A stretch of 64,000 nt of DNA, from positions 130,681 through 194,680 of the forward strand of contig JBBRRZ010000001.1 in the NCBI GenBank assembly GCA_038245845.1, given 5' to 3'. This document shows, piece by piece, positions 28,307 through 37,367 of the stretch (its first letter is position 1; each line of letters begins with the position of its first letter). The notes below the pieces were generated by a model. The model made no database searches. It had not been told where the DNA came from and saw only the letters and a program-made list of their open reading frames with translations. Origin of the DNA: Candidatus Limnocylindrales bacterium (GTDB lineage Bacteria > Chloroflexota > Limnocylindria > Limnocylindrales > CSP1-4). Position numbers and translations under genes: made by a program.

Positions 28307-28948
28307 GTGGCAGCAAGGCCCAACCTCCACGTCTCCCGGCACCCGGCGGTGCGCCACAAGCTCGGCATCCTTCGCAACCAGAAGACCGAGCCGAAGAAGT
28401 TCCGCGAGGTCGTTCGCGAGCTGTCATGGCTGCTGGGCTACGAGGCGCTCGCCGACGCGCACCTCCAGCCCGTGGACGTCCGGACGCCCATCGAGCTCAT
28501 GGCCGGCGAGGAGCTGGCGGACCGGATCGGCCTCATCCCGATCCTGCGCGCGGGCCTGGGCATGGTGGACGCGATGCTGGAGCTCATGCCGACGGCACAG
28601 GTCTGGCACCTGGGCCTGTTCCGCGACGAGCGGACCCTCCGACCCGTCGAGTACTACAACAAGCTCCCGGACAGCGCGACCGTGGACCTGTGCCTGATCC
28701 TGGACCCGATGCTCGCGACGGGCGGGTCGGCGTCCGCGGCGATCGAGGTCCTCAAGCGCTGGGGCGCGGTGCGGATCAAGCTCGTGAACCTGATCGCGGC
28801 GCCCGAAGGCGTGGACGCCGTGCTGTCCGCGCACCCGGAGGTGGAGATCTACACCGCCTCGCTCGACCGCCAGCTCAACGAGAAGGGCTACATCATGCCC
28901 GGGCTGGGCGACGCGGGCGATCGCCAGTTCGGGACGGGCCAAGGCTGA
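28307..28948 (+). CDS. upp: Uracil phosphoribosyltransferase
   Basis: 213 aa with LHVSRHPAVRHKLGILRN at the N-terminus and the PRPP motif LILDPMLATGGS. C-terminus is PGLGDAGDRQFGT. GTG start after GAGGAGTCCC. Confidence 0.9.
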   Translation: MAARPNLHVSRHPAVRHKLGILRNQKTEPKKFREVVRELSWLLGYEALADAHLQPVDVRTPIELMAGEELADRIGLIPILRAGLGMVDAMLELMPTAQVWHLGLFRDERTLRPVEYYNKLPDSATVDLCLILDPMLATGGSASAAIEVLKRWGAVRIKLVNLIAAPEGVDAVLSAHPEVEIYTASLDRQLNEKGYIMPGLGDAGDRQFGTGQG

Positions 28949-29190
28949 CTCGCCGTCCGGGGTGGTAGTGAAGGCCGATCGTTTCCCGCGCCCGCTGATT
29001 CGAGATTTCGCGGACTTCCCTGAAGGGGCCTGATCAGGGAAACGCCTCGCGCCTCGGCAGGTGGGCGGCATCGGACACGGCCGGCAGGAGTCTTCGAGAA
29101 GCCCGGCCGCGACAGGGACCCGGATTCCAACTGCCTCGTCCTGGCCGTTCACGTTCCTGCGCTCACCGGGCGTGTGCAGCCGCGGTCGGG

Positions 29191-30375
29191 TCAGATCGCC
29201 CGCGCGGCCCGGAGCTGCTCGATCTCGGCCGTCCGCAGCCCGACCACCTCCTGGAGGATCCGATCGGTGTCGGCGCCAGCGCGCGGCGGCGGTCGGCGGA
29301 TGGTGCCGGGCGTGGCGTCGAGCTTCACGGGGATCCCGATGAGGACTGCGGTGCCGACCGGGGTGCCCGCCACCTCCACGAACATCTCGCGGGCCCGGAG
29401 CTGGGGCGAGGCGACGACGTCCGCAATGCTCGCGACGGTCGCGCACGGGACGCCCGCCGAGGCCATCACGGCCTCGACCTCGTCGCTGGAGCGGGCGCTC
29501 GTCCAGGCGACCACCTCGGCCTCCAGCGCGTCGACGTTTCCCAGGCGGCTGGCGATGGTTGCGAACTGCGGGTCCGCCGCGAGATCGTCGCGCCCGATCA
29601 CCGCGCACAGCCGCGGGAACAGCGAGTCCGTCCCGGCGTGCAGGTACACGTGACCGTCGGTCGTCGGGAACACGTTGGCGGGCGCCGAATACGGGTCCCG
29701 GGAGCCACGCCGCTCCGACTGCGCACCGAGCATCGCGTAGGCCATTGGCCGCGTCCCGAGGACGGAGACGAGCGCGTCCAGCGACGCCACGTCGACCCGC
29801 TGCCCGACGCCCGTCGACGCCCGGGCCATGAGGGCGGCCTGCGTCCCGATCGCCCCGTACAGGCCGGCGACATGGTCCGCGATGTAGGTACCCGCGAGCA
29901 TGGGCGGCCCGTCGGGCTCACCGGTGAGGCTCATCAGCCCGGAGGCCGCCTGGGCGATCGGATCGAACAGGGGACGCTCCGCGAGCGGCCCCGTCTGACC
30001 GAACCCGGACAGCGACGTCAGCACGAGCCGTGGATACGCCTCGTGGAGCCGCTCCCAGCCGAGACCCATCGCCGCCAGCGTGCCCGGCCGGTAGTTCTCG
30101 ATCAGGACATCCGCCCACGCAACGAGGCGCTCCAGCACGGGGCCGGCGAGCGGGTTGCGGGTATCGAGCGTCAGCGACGACTTGTTGCGGTTGTAGGCCA
30201 TCGCGTACAGGCTCTCGCCGTCGAGGAACGGGCCCTGGGAACGGGCGTCCTCGCCACCCGGCCGCTCGACCTTGATGACATCCGCCCCCATGTCGCCAAG
30301 GATCTGGCCACAGAACGGCCCCGCGATGAACCGGCTGAGGTCCAGGACGCGGAAGCCGTCGAGCGGACCCGTCAC
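29191..30375 (-). CDS. Family III CoA-transferase (CaiB/BaiF/Frc-like)
   Basis: GTG at 30375 overlaps the upstream TGA (GTGA). N-terminus is VTGPLDGFRVLDLSRFIAGPFCGQILGDMGADVIKVERP, the family III signature region. ATG at 30402 is an alternative start. The ORF-track start at 30987 is an over-extension. Confidence 0.85.
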   Translation of the reverse strand: MTGPLDGFRVLDLSRFIAGPFCGQILGDMGADVIKVERPGGEDARSQGPFLDGESLYAMAYNRNKSSLTLDTRNPLAGPVLERLVAWADVLIENYRPGTLAAMGLGWERLHEAYPRLVLTSLSGFGQTGPLAERPLFDPIAQAASGLMSLTGEPDGPPMLAGTYIADHVAGLYGAIGTQAALMARASTGVGQRVDVASLDALVSVLGTRPMAYAMLGAQSERRGSRDPYSAPANVFPTTDGHVYLHAGTDSLFPRLCAVIGRDDLAADPQFATIASRLGNVDALEAEVVAWTSARSSDEVEAVMASAGVPCATVASIADVVASPQLRAREMFVEVAGTPVGTAVLIGIPVKLDATPGTIRRPPPRAGADTDRILQEVVGLRTAEIEQLRAARAI

Positions 30376-31310
30376 AGGATGTCCCCGCCCGCGCAGTCCC
30401 ATCGCGCCAGGTCGAACAGGACCGGCGACGTGTCCGGGGACAGGGTCCTCGCGATGAGGTGGTACGGGTTCCGGCTCAGCGGCACCGGCAGCTGCGGGCC
30501 CATCGCGGCGAGCGCCGCACGCAGCGGTGACTGCGGCGCAAGGAGCACGTGGACCAGCAGGCGCCGCCGTGCCCGGAGGGTCGCGGCGAACGAGCCCAGG
30601 AGTCCCGCTGGATCGCGTCCGTGGACCGCGAGCAGGGACACGGCCGGGAGCCCGCGAAGCCGGGCCTCGCGGTACACCACCAGCCCGTCGACGATCCCGT
30701 CCCGCTGGCGCGTTGCGTAGGCGTACCGCCGGAAGGGGTGATCGGCGTAGCGATGGCGAAGGGACGCTGCCGACGATTCGAAGCGCACGAACCCGTCGGA
30801 CGGCGACTCTAGCTCGATCGCGCCGTCCGGCCACGTCGACCGGGTCTCGAGCCGCTCCGGGTAGTGGCGTCGCGTCAGCGGCACGGCCAGCGAGACCATG
30901 GGTCCCAGCACCTCGTAGGCGTAGTGCCGGCTCGCCTTCGTCACGCCGAGACCGCTCGCACTCGAGAACCCGACGCCCGCCACGCATCCCCGGGCGGCGA
31001 GGGCATCGTGCACCGGCGCCGCGACCTGGTCAAGGAGCCCCTGCCCCCGGTACTCGGGATCGACGGCCATGTTGAGGCCCATGCCGGCTGGCTGCACCGA
31101 CTCGAACCCCGGCACCCACAACCCGAGCAGACGGGCGTTGTACTGGGCGACGAGGCGGTCCCCGTCCCACGCGCCCATCGTGACCAGCTCGAACCCCGCG
31201 TGGAACCAGGCGAGCAGCCCCTCCATCTGGGCCGGCGAGCGTTCGAAGCACACGGCCAGCAAGCGCGCCCACGGTCCGATGTCCGCGACGGTCAGCGGGC
31301 GTACCTCCAC
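30372..31310 (-). CDS. GNAT-family acyltransferase with an extra C-terminal domain
   Basis: GTG start gives VEVRPLTVADIGPWARLL. Acetyl-CoA motif A is VDPEYRGQGLLDQV. Roughly 150 further residues are of unknown fold. It overlaps the upstream gene end by 19 nt. Confidence 0.6.
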   Translation of the reverse strand: MEVRPLTVADIGPWARLLAVCFERSPAQMEGLLAWFHAGFELVTMGAWDGDRLVAQYNARLLGLWVPGFESVQPAGMGLNMAVDPEYRGQGLLDQVAAPVHDALAARGCVAGVGFSSASGLGVTKASRHYAYEVLGPMVSLAVPLTRRHYPERLETRSTWPDGAIELESPSDGFVRFESSAASLRHRYADHPFRRYAYATRQRDGIVDGLVVYREARLRGLPAVSLLAVHGRDPAGLLGSFAATLRARRRLLVHVLLAPQSPLRAALAAMGPQLPVPLSRNPYHLIARTLSPDTSPVLFDLARWDCAGGDIL

Positions 31311-32428
31311 GCGCGGAGTATGCGCGCCGCGCGCACCGCCGCACGGCCCGCCAGGTAGCGCCACGGCCTCGCCACCCGCTCCTGCGCTCCGGCGAGCGCG
31401 ACCCACTCCGCTCCGAAGGACCGCTTGTGCTCGAACAAGCCGAAGGTGGGCTCCCCCTCCAGGGGAACGCGGTGGGCGCCCGGCAGGTCGACCCCGCCCA
31501 GGTCCATCTCGGTGCGGCCTTCCGCGATCGCCAGCTGGATCGCTCGCCACCGGAGGAGGTGCATCGTCCCCGGGTGATCGCGGCGCCGGTCGGCGCGGTC
31601 CGCGCCGTGCTGGGTCGAGAGCCGCGAGCCGTGCCGGTAGAGCAGCAGACCGCCCAGCGTCTCGCCGTCCCGAGCCCCTTCGCGCGCCTCGAGGTAGACG
31701 ACGTGGCCGGCCGCGTAGGCCCGACACCACCAGCCAATGAAGTCACCCGGCCCCGGGAACTCGAAGCCCCGGCGATTCCCGGTCTCGGTCATCAGGAGCT
31801 GGAACCGCTCGAACGCGGCTCGGGGGTCCTCGGTGGCCTCGACGAGCCCATCGGCGGGCCGAGCGCGGGCGTCGTGCCGGATCACGATCACGCCGTCCTG
31901 CTCGGCGCGACGGATGCGCTGCCGCGTCGCCTTGGCGACGCCGTCAAGGATCCCGGCCTCGTCCGCCCCCGCGAGGCGGAGCGCCATGCGATGCCGCGAT
32001 GGCTGGATCTCGGGGATCGCGCTGAATCCGGCATCGGCGAGGGTGCGCGTGTAGGCAGCATCGGCCGCGCTCACCTCCGGATCGGCCGCGAGGACGTCCA
32101 CGCCCTCGCCCGCGAGCCGCGCGGCCGTAGCGACGAGCGCGTCCGCGAGGGTGGATCCGGTGCCGTTTGCGGCCGGTGCCGGACCGACCGACCACGGCAC
32201 CGATGGGCCAACCGGGCCCCGGGTGAGATAGGCGGAACCGCCCGGCAGGCCAGGCCACGGGCGGACGAGCACGAGTGCGCGAATGTCGCCCGACGCGAGG
32301 AACCGCGGTCGCCATCCAGTGGCCGAGCGATGCGCGGCCCAGGCGCGCGACTGGTAGACGTGCCCCCCGGGCGCATCGACCGCCGCCTCGTCCCAACCGT
32401 CCAGCTCGTCGCCCCGGAGTTCGCGCAC
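31292..32428 (-). CDS. FemAB-family (aminoacyl-tRNA-dependent peptidyl/aminoacyl transferase-like) protein
   Basis: Layout is YQSRAWAAHRSATGW ... YLTRGPV ... KATRQRIRRAEQDGV ... LLRWRAIQLAIAEGRTEMDLGGVD ... GLFEHKRSFGAEWV. This follows the FemX/FemAB pattern (FLQS-W, RGPV, K-TR-IR, yDfgG, GL-FK-FG). Confidence 0.7.
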   Translation of the reverse strand: MRELRGDELDGWDEAAVDAPGGHVYQSRAWAAHRSATGWRPRFLASGDIRALVLVRPWPGLPGGSAYLTRGPVGPSVPWSVGPAPAANGTGSTLADALVATAARLAGEGVDVLAADPEVSAADAAYTRTLADAGFSAIPEIQPSRHRMALRLAGADEAGILDGVAKATRQRIRRAEQDGVIVIRHDARARPADGLVEATEDPRAAFERFQLLMTETGNRRGFEFPGPGDFIGWWCRAYAAGHVVYLEAREGARDGETLGGLLLYRHGSRLSTQHGADRADRRRDHPGTMHLLRWRAIQLAIAEGRTEMDLGGVDLPGAHRVPLEGEPTFGLFEHKRSFGAEWVALAGAQERVARPWRYLAGRAAVRAARILRAWRYAR

Positions 32429-32620
32429 GGCTCAGGATGCGCTCCGACGCTCCCTTCCCGCATGCCCAGTCTGCGCACGGATCACCGGCTGACGTCGTCG
32501 ACTCGGGATCCCCACGCGACGGCTGGCGCGCTCAACACGACCTCGCAACTCGGCGTTGCCCCCGGCGATCGGCGGGACCCAAGTTCACCTGGGAGTGGCG
32601 CGAAAGGACCACCTGTCCTC

Positions 32621-32799
32621 GTGAGTGACGGCGCCGGCGGGGTCGGCTACCTGCTGAAGGACCGCGTCCGGGACACATGGCTCGCAAAAACGTCGAGGCT
32701 CACATCGCGAGCATCTTCTCCAAGCTCGAGCTCCTGCCGGCCTCGGACGACCATCGGCGGGTGCTCGCGGTGCTGGCCCACTTGCGCGGCCCCGGCTGA
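32621..32799 (+). pseudogene. Remnant of a NarL/LuxR-family response regulator (internal deletion plus frameshift)
   Basis: One frame reads PPVLVSDGAGGVGYLLKDRV, the end of a receiver domain. From 32677 another frame reads MARKNVEAHIASIFSKLELLPASDDHRRVLAVLAHLRGPG-stop, the last helices of a LuxR HTH. The linker and most of both domains are missing. Confidence 0.5.
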
Positions 32800-32864
32800 A
32801 GGCCGACCGGATGTCGCGCGCGGAGGACGCCCGCGCGGTCGATGAGCGGCTGGCGACCCCGGGA

Positions 32865-33302
32865 TCAGTCGGCCGAGAGCACGTCCCCGCGCCTGAACAC
32901 CGCGAGGAAGCGGACCCCGCTGGCGAACAGGGCGATCCCCAAGCCCGTGTAGAAGAACGCGATCGCCCAGTCCGGCACGGCGTGCGACAGGCGCAGCGCC
33001 ATCCCGCCGCCCATCATCACGGCCATGATGATCCACGACGAGGCGTTGAAGAACCGGTACGCGGGCAGGCGCTCGGCGCGCTCGGCGCGGATCCGGCGGG
33101 TGTGCCTGCTGACGAGGCGGGCGAACACGAGGAAGTAGAACGCGACGAAGATCAGCACCGCGAGCGGGATGAGCACGAGCTGCGCGGGCGCCAGCCGGAG
33201 TTCGAGCGGCAGGCCGACCAGCACGACCATGGTGCCCGCGGCACACCAGACGATGCCGGCGATGAGCATGAGCTGGTTCTTCGGGACGCTGGGGAACCGC
33301 AC
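32865..33302 (-). CDS. Hypothetical small membrane protein (about 4 TM)
   Basis: GTG at 33302 has an AGGAG RBS 8 nt upstream. TM segments include LMLIAGIVWCAAGTMVVLVGL, LVLIPLAVLIFVAFYFLVF, WIIMAVMMGGGMAL and AIAFFYTGLGIALFA. Confidence 0.55.
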   Translation of the reverse strand: MRFPSVPKNQLMLIAGIVWCAAGTMVVLVGLPLELRLAPAQLVLIPLAVLIFVAFYFLVFARLVSRHTRRIRAERAERLPAYRFFNASSWIIMAVMMGGGMALRLSHAVPDWAIAFFYTGLGIALFASGVRFLAVFRRGDVLSAD

Positions 33303-33712
33303 GGCGGGTGCTCCTGGCTGGGACGGCGGGACGAGATCATCGTCATCGTGTCGCGCCGGACCGTCGCCGGCGACGGGCCGGATGTCCCGCAACGCGCGTC
33401 CGCAGGTCACGTTGGGGTCGCATCGCCGGGCGCACAGCTCACGAAGTCGCGCGGAAAGCATCCCGTCGGGGACGCCCCGGATGGCCCAGGCTCGCGAGCT
33501 CCGCGACACTGCCGACGGTGAACATGCCGAATTGCACGGGAACGCTTCCCTGGGGTGTCGCTTCGGTTGTTGTTGCTACGACGGTATCGATAGCCGGGTG
33601 GCGCGGTCTCGAGCGGACTCTGTGCACGCGCGATCACCCGATACCATGCCGGTGACCGGCCGACGCCCCGCGGCTACGGGCATCCGATCGTACCCACGGG
33701 AGACTCGCCGCG

Positions 33713-35665
33713 ATGACCAGCCAGCCCATCGACCCCGGACTCCGGGACGAGTCCGCAGCCCCGGGCGAGGACTTCTACCGGTACGCGAACGGCGGTTGGC
33801 TCGCCACCCATCCCGTCCCCCCTGAGTACGGCGCGTATGGCGCCTTCCACGAGGTCAACGAGCGCAACCAGGACCTCCTCCACCGGCTGCTGCTGGAGGC
33901 CGCCGGGGCCGAGGAGCCGAACGGCAACCCACGCCACGAGGCCGGCGACTACTTCGCTGCGGGCATGGACGAGGCGGCGATCGCGGCGGCCGGAGTGGAT
34001 CCGCTGCGCCACCTCCTGGGCCAGATCGACGCGCTGGCGTCAGTCGATGACGTGCGCGCGCTCGCGCCGGTGCTCCAGCGCGACAACGTCAGCGCGTTCC
34101 ACGGGCTGTCCGTTGCGCCCGACTTCGAGGAGGCGACGGCGTACCTCGTCTACCTCGGCCAGGGCGGCCTCGGGCTGCCCGACCGCGACTACTACCTCCG
34201 CGACGACGAGCGCTCGGTCACGATCCGGGGCGCGTACACGACGCACGTCGCGGCGCAGCTCGTCAACCTCGGCCAGGACGCGGACGACGCGGTCGCCGGC
34301 GCCGAGGCCATCCTCGCGTTCGAGGGCCGACTCGCCGAGTCCTCGCTCACGAAGGAGCAGCAGCGCGACCCCAACCTCACGCTGAACCGGCGCGACATGG
34401 AGGCGCTTGACGCGCTGATGCCGGGGTTCGGGCTGGCCGGCTACGTGCGCGAGCTCGGCGGGAGGCAGGCCACCGTGAGCCTCGACAGCGACGCGTTCTT
34501 CACGGCCCTCGACGCCGCGCTCGCGGAGACGCCGATCGAGACGCTCCGCCAGTACCTGCGCTGGCACGTCGTCCGCAGCTATGCGTCGTCGCTGCCCATC
34601 GCGTTCGAGACCGAGGCGTTCGGCTTCTACAACCGGACGCTCGGCGGCCAGCAGGAACCGAAGCCGCGCTGGAAGCGGGTGCTCGACGCCGCGACCGCGG
34701 ACATCGGCGAGCTCGTGTCGCAGCTGTACGTGGAGGCGGCGTTTCCGCCCGCAGCGAAGGCGCGCTGCGAGCACCTCGTGGAGCACCTGTTCGGGGCCAT
34801 GGGTCGGGCGATCCGGGCCAACACGTGGATGACCGAGGAGACGCGCCAGGAGGCGCTGACCAAGCTCCGCGGGTTCCGCTACAAGATCGGCTACCCGGAC
34901 ACGTGGCGCGACTACTCGGCGCTGGACCTGGTGCGCAGCTCGTTCGCCGAGAACCGGCTGCGCGCCGCCCGCGTCGAGTACGACCGCCAGCTCGAGCGAC
35001 TCACGCAGCCCGTGGACAAGGGCGAGTGGATGATGCCCGCCCACATGGTCAACGCCTACTACCACCCGCTGATGAACGAGATCGTGTTTCCCGCGGGTAT
35101 CCTCCAGCCGCCGTTCTTCTACGCCGACGCGGATGACGCGGTGAACTTCGGGGGCATCGGCTCCGTCATCGGGCACGAGGTCACCCATGGCTTCGACGAC
35201 GCCGGGTCGCACTTCGATGCCGCCGGCCATCTCCGCGACTGGTGGACCGAGGCGGACCGGACCGAGTTCGAGCGCCGCGCGGACATCCTCGTCTCGCAGT
35301 TCGACGCCTATCCGGTGGCCGAGGAGCAGAACGTGAACGGCCGCCTCACGCTGGGCGAGAACATCGCCGACCTCGGCGGAGTGGCGATCGCGTTCGACGC
35401 GCTGCACGACGCGATCGGCCCTGACGCTGCCGTCGTCGACGGGCTCACGCCCGCGCAGCGGTTCTTCCTCTCGTACGCGTCCATCTGGCGCATGAACTAC
35501 ACCGAGCAGACCGCTCGCCTGCTGGCGAACGTGGACCCCCACTCGCCGGCGAGCTACCGGGCAAATGGGCCGTTGTCGAACTTCCCCGCGTTCGCCGAGG
35601 CGTTCGGGGTCGCGGACGGGGCGCCGATGGCACGCCCGACCGAGGCGCGCGCGCACATCTGGTAG
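33713..35665 (+). CDS. M13-family zinc metallopeptidase (PepO / neprilysin-like)
   Basis: 650 aa with NAYY, the zinc site HEVTHGFD and ENIADLGG (ExxxD). No signal peptide is evident. Confidence 0.9.
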   Translation: MTSQPIDPGLRDESAAPGEDFYRYANGGWLATHPVPPEYGAYGAFHEVNERNQDLLHRLLLEAAGAEEPNGNPRHEAGDYFAAGMDEAAIAAAGVDPLRHLLGQIDALASVDDVRALAPVLQRDNVSAFHGLSVAPDFEEATAYLVYLGQGGLGLPDRDYYLRDDERSVTIRGAYTTHVAAQLVNLGQDADDAVAGAEAILAFEGRLAESSLTKEQQRDPNLTLNRRDMEALDALMPGFGLAGYVRELGGRQATVSLDSDAFFTALDAALAETPIETLRQYLRWHVVRSYASSLPIAFETEAFGFYNRTLGGQQEPKPRWKRVLDAATADIGELVSQLYVEAAFPPAAKARCEHLVEHLFGAMGRAIRANTWMTEETRQEALTKLRGFRYKIGYPDTWRDYSALDLVRSSFAENRLRAARVEYDRQLERLTQPVDKGEWMMPAHMVNAYYHPLMNEIVFPAGILQPPFFYADADDAVNFGGIGSVIGHEVTHGFDDAGSHFDAAGHLRDWWTEADRTEFERRADILVSQFDAYPVAEEQNVNGRLTLGENIADLGGVAIAFDALHDAIGPDAAVVDGLTPAQRFFLSYASIWRMNYTEQTARLLANVDPHSPASYRANGPLSNFPAFAEAFGVADGAPMARPTEARAHIW

Positions 35666-35677
35666 CAGTGTCGACCG

Positions 35678-35755
35678 GCGGGCTCGCGGAGCGGACCACG
35701 CGCGGGCTCGCAGAGCGGACCACGCGCGGGCTCGCAGAGCGGACGGCGCGCGGGT
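35678..35755. repeat. 24-bp tandem repeat, 3.25 copies, intergenic
   Basis: GCGGGCTCGC(G/A)GAGCGGAC(CA/GG)CGC at 35678-35701, 35702-35725 and 35726-35749, plus a partial fourth copy. It lies directly after the M13 peptidase stop. Confidence 0.9.
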
Positions 35756-35811
35756 AGGCTTGCCACCAGCGGGTCAGCGACTGCCCGCCAGCCTGGGGAT
35801 TGGGTGCCCAC

Positions 35812-36621
35812 ATGACGCGCCTGTCGACGTCGTTGCTCCTCACCGTCCTGGCCCTCCTGGCAGCGCTCGGGTTGGCCGCGTGTGATCCGGTCGCGATCGG
35901 CCCGGTCCCGGTAGGGCCGGAGACCCCGGTGGTCTCGTCCGCGGCGCCCGGCTCCACGCAGGCCGTCGGGCCGTCGCCGTCCGGGATCCCGGAGTCGTCA
36001 CCCTCGCCCACCTCGGGGACGGCGGTTGCCGTGGCGGTGCTGGACGGCCTCCGGGCGTTCGCCGCCGACCCGAAGCAGACCTACCGGGTCACCCTGACCG
36101 GCACGGCGCGCGGCTCCGCGGACACGCTCAAGGTCAAGGGGACGCTCGACGTGGCGGGGGCGGATGCGGCATTCAGCGCGTCGTTCCGCTTCCCGGGCGG
36201 CCGGAGCACCCGCACCGACTATCGACGCGTGGGCGACAACGACTGGGTCCGGTTCAGATCGAAGGGCTGGGCCGGCCTCTCCGGGGTCAAGCCGGCAGCC
36301 GTCATCGACCCGTTTGCGGGGACGCACGATGGCACGCACCTGCAGTATCTGGGCCAGGTGAAGACGGAGGCGGGTCACTACCTGGTCCAGCTCACCGGCA
36401 TATACCTCCACCCGACGCTGATCCCGGCGGTGAACCTCACGGCCGAGAAGGTCACCAGGACCAAGCTGCTCCTCGTGACCGACGCGAACGGCGTCCCGGT
36501 CCGCGCGACGTGGTCGCTGGAAGGCCAGGGCCGCGTGTCGGGTCAGCTTCAGGCCATCGTGGTTGATCTCAAGCTGACCTGGTCGCGCATCGGCAGGGCG
36601 CTCACGATCAAGGCGCCGTAA
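35812..36621 (+). CDS. Hypothetical lipoprotein
   Basis: MTRLSTSLLLTVLALLAALGLAAC is a signal peptide plus lipobox. A Pro/Ser-rich linker is followed by a beta-rich domain. No family motif recognised. Confidence 0.65.
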   Translation: MTRLSTSLLLTVLALLAALGLAACDPVAIGPVPVGPETPVVSSAAPGSTQAVGPSPSGIPESSPSPTSGTAVAVAVLDGLRAFAADPKQTYRVTLTGTARGSADTLKVKGTLDVAGADAAFSASFRFPGGRSTRTDYRRVGDNDWVRFRSKGWAGLSGVKPAAVIDPFAGTHDGTHLQYLGQVKTEAGHYLVQLTGIYLHPTLIPAVNLTAEKVTRTKLLLVTDANGVPVRATWSLEGQGRVSGQLQAIVVDLKLTWSRIGRALTIKAP

Positions 36622-36736
36622 CGCCGCCGGCTGAGCCTGCCGGAAACCGCTCGGCGCATCCGGGGCGTACCAGCACCCAACGCCGCTCGACGTGCCACCT
36701 GTCCCGGCTCGCGACTGCGGCGGAGGAGAGACAGCG

Positions 36737-37252
36737 ATGCGAACACTCCTGGCGTCGAGCGCGGTCCTCGCTGCGCTCTTCATCGCCGCGCTGGTCCCGG
36801 CAGCAGTCGGTGCCCGATCCACGAAGATCCTCGAATTCGAGAGCATGGTCGGTGTCACCCGGCCGCTGGGCGGTGCGACGGGCGCGATCCGAGGCATCAA
36901 TGGCGCCGGGCTGCCGTGGGTCATCGGCGCCGCAAAGGGCGAGCTGTCCACCGATGGCCAGCTCGAGGTCAGGTTCAGCGGGCTCGTGTTCGACCCCAGC
37001 GACCAGGGCGTCATCGACCGCGGGCTGGCGGGCACGAACAACCAGGCGTCGATGAGGGTCGTCGTCAGCTGCGTCACCGGCGCGGGCGCGATCCAGAACC
37101 TGTTCACGGACGCGTTTCCCGTCACGACCGGGCTCGATGCCGGGAACGGCAAGGTAGAGACCCACCTGTCGCTGCCTGCTCCGTGTGTCGCCCCGATCGT
37201 GCTCATCACGAACTCGGCCGGCACGGGCTGGTTCGCCGCGATGGGGCGCTGA
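36737..37252 (+). CDS. Hypothetical secreted protein
   Basis: GGAGGAG RBS at 36723-36729. MRTLLASSAVLAALFIAALVPAAVGA is a signal peptide. No family motif recognised. Confidence 0.6.
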   Translation: MRTLLASSAVLAALFIAALVPAAVGARSTKILEFESMVGVTRPLGGATGAIRGINGAGLPWVIGAAKGELSTDGQLEVRFSGLVFDPSDQGVIDRGLAGTNNQASMRVVVSCVTGAGAIQNLFTDAFPVTTGLDAGNGKVETHLSLPAPCVAPIVLITNSAGTGWFAAMGR

Positions 37253-37367
37253 CGGGGGTCGGCTCGCCACCCAGGCAGGATCACGGCCACCAACGACGAA
37301 CCGGGAGCGCGCCGCCGCGCTCCCGGCTTTCCATGCAGGGGGCGGTGCCCGACCCTCGGGGAACCGC

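Noticed and set aside
29191-30987. 598-aa version of the CoA-transferase. Similar 5' over-extensions occur at 30372-31730, 23119-24780, 12834-13709, 6206-7573, 27012-28427, 42278-43468 and 44741-46297.
   Set aside because: The extensions are Arg/Pro-rich, overlap the upstream genes and precede the conserved family N-termini. Internal ATG, GTG or TTG codons with RBS or stop-overlap contexts were used instead.
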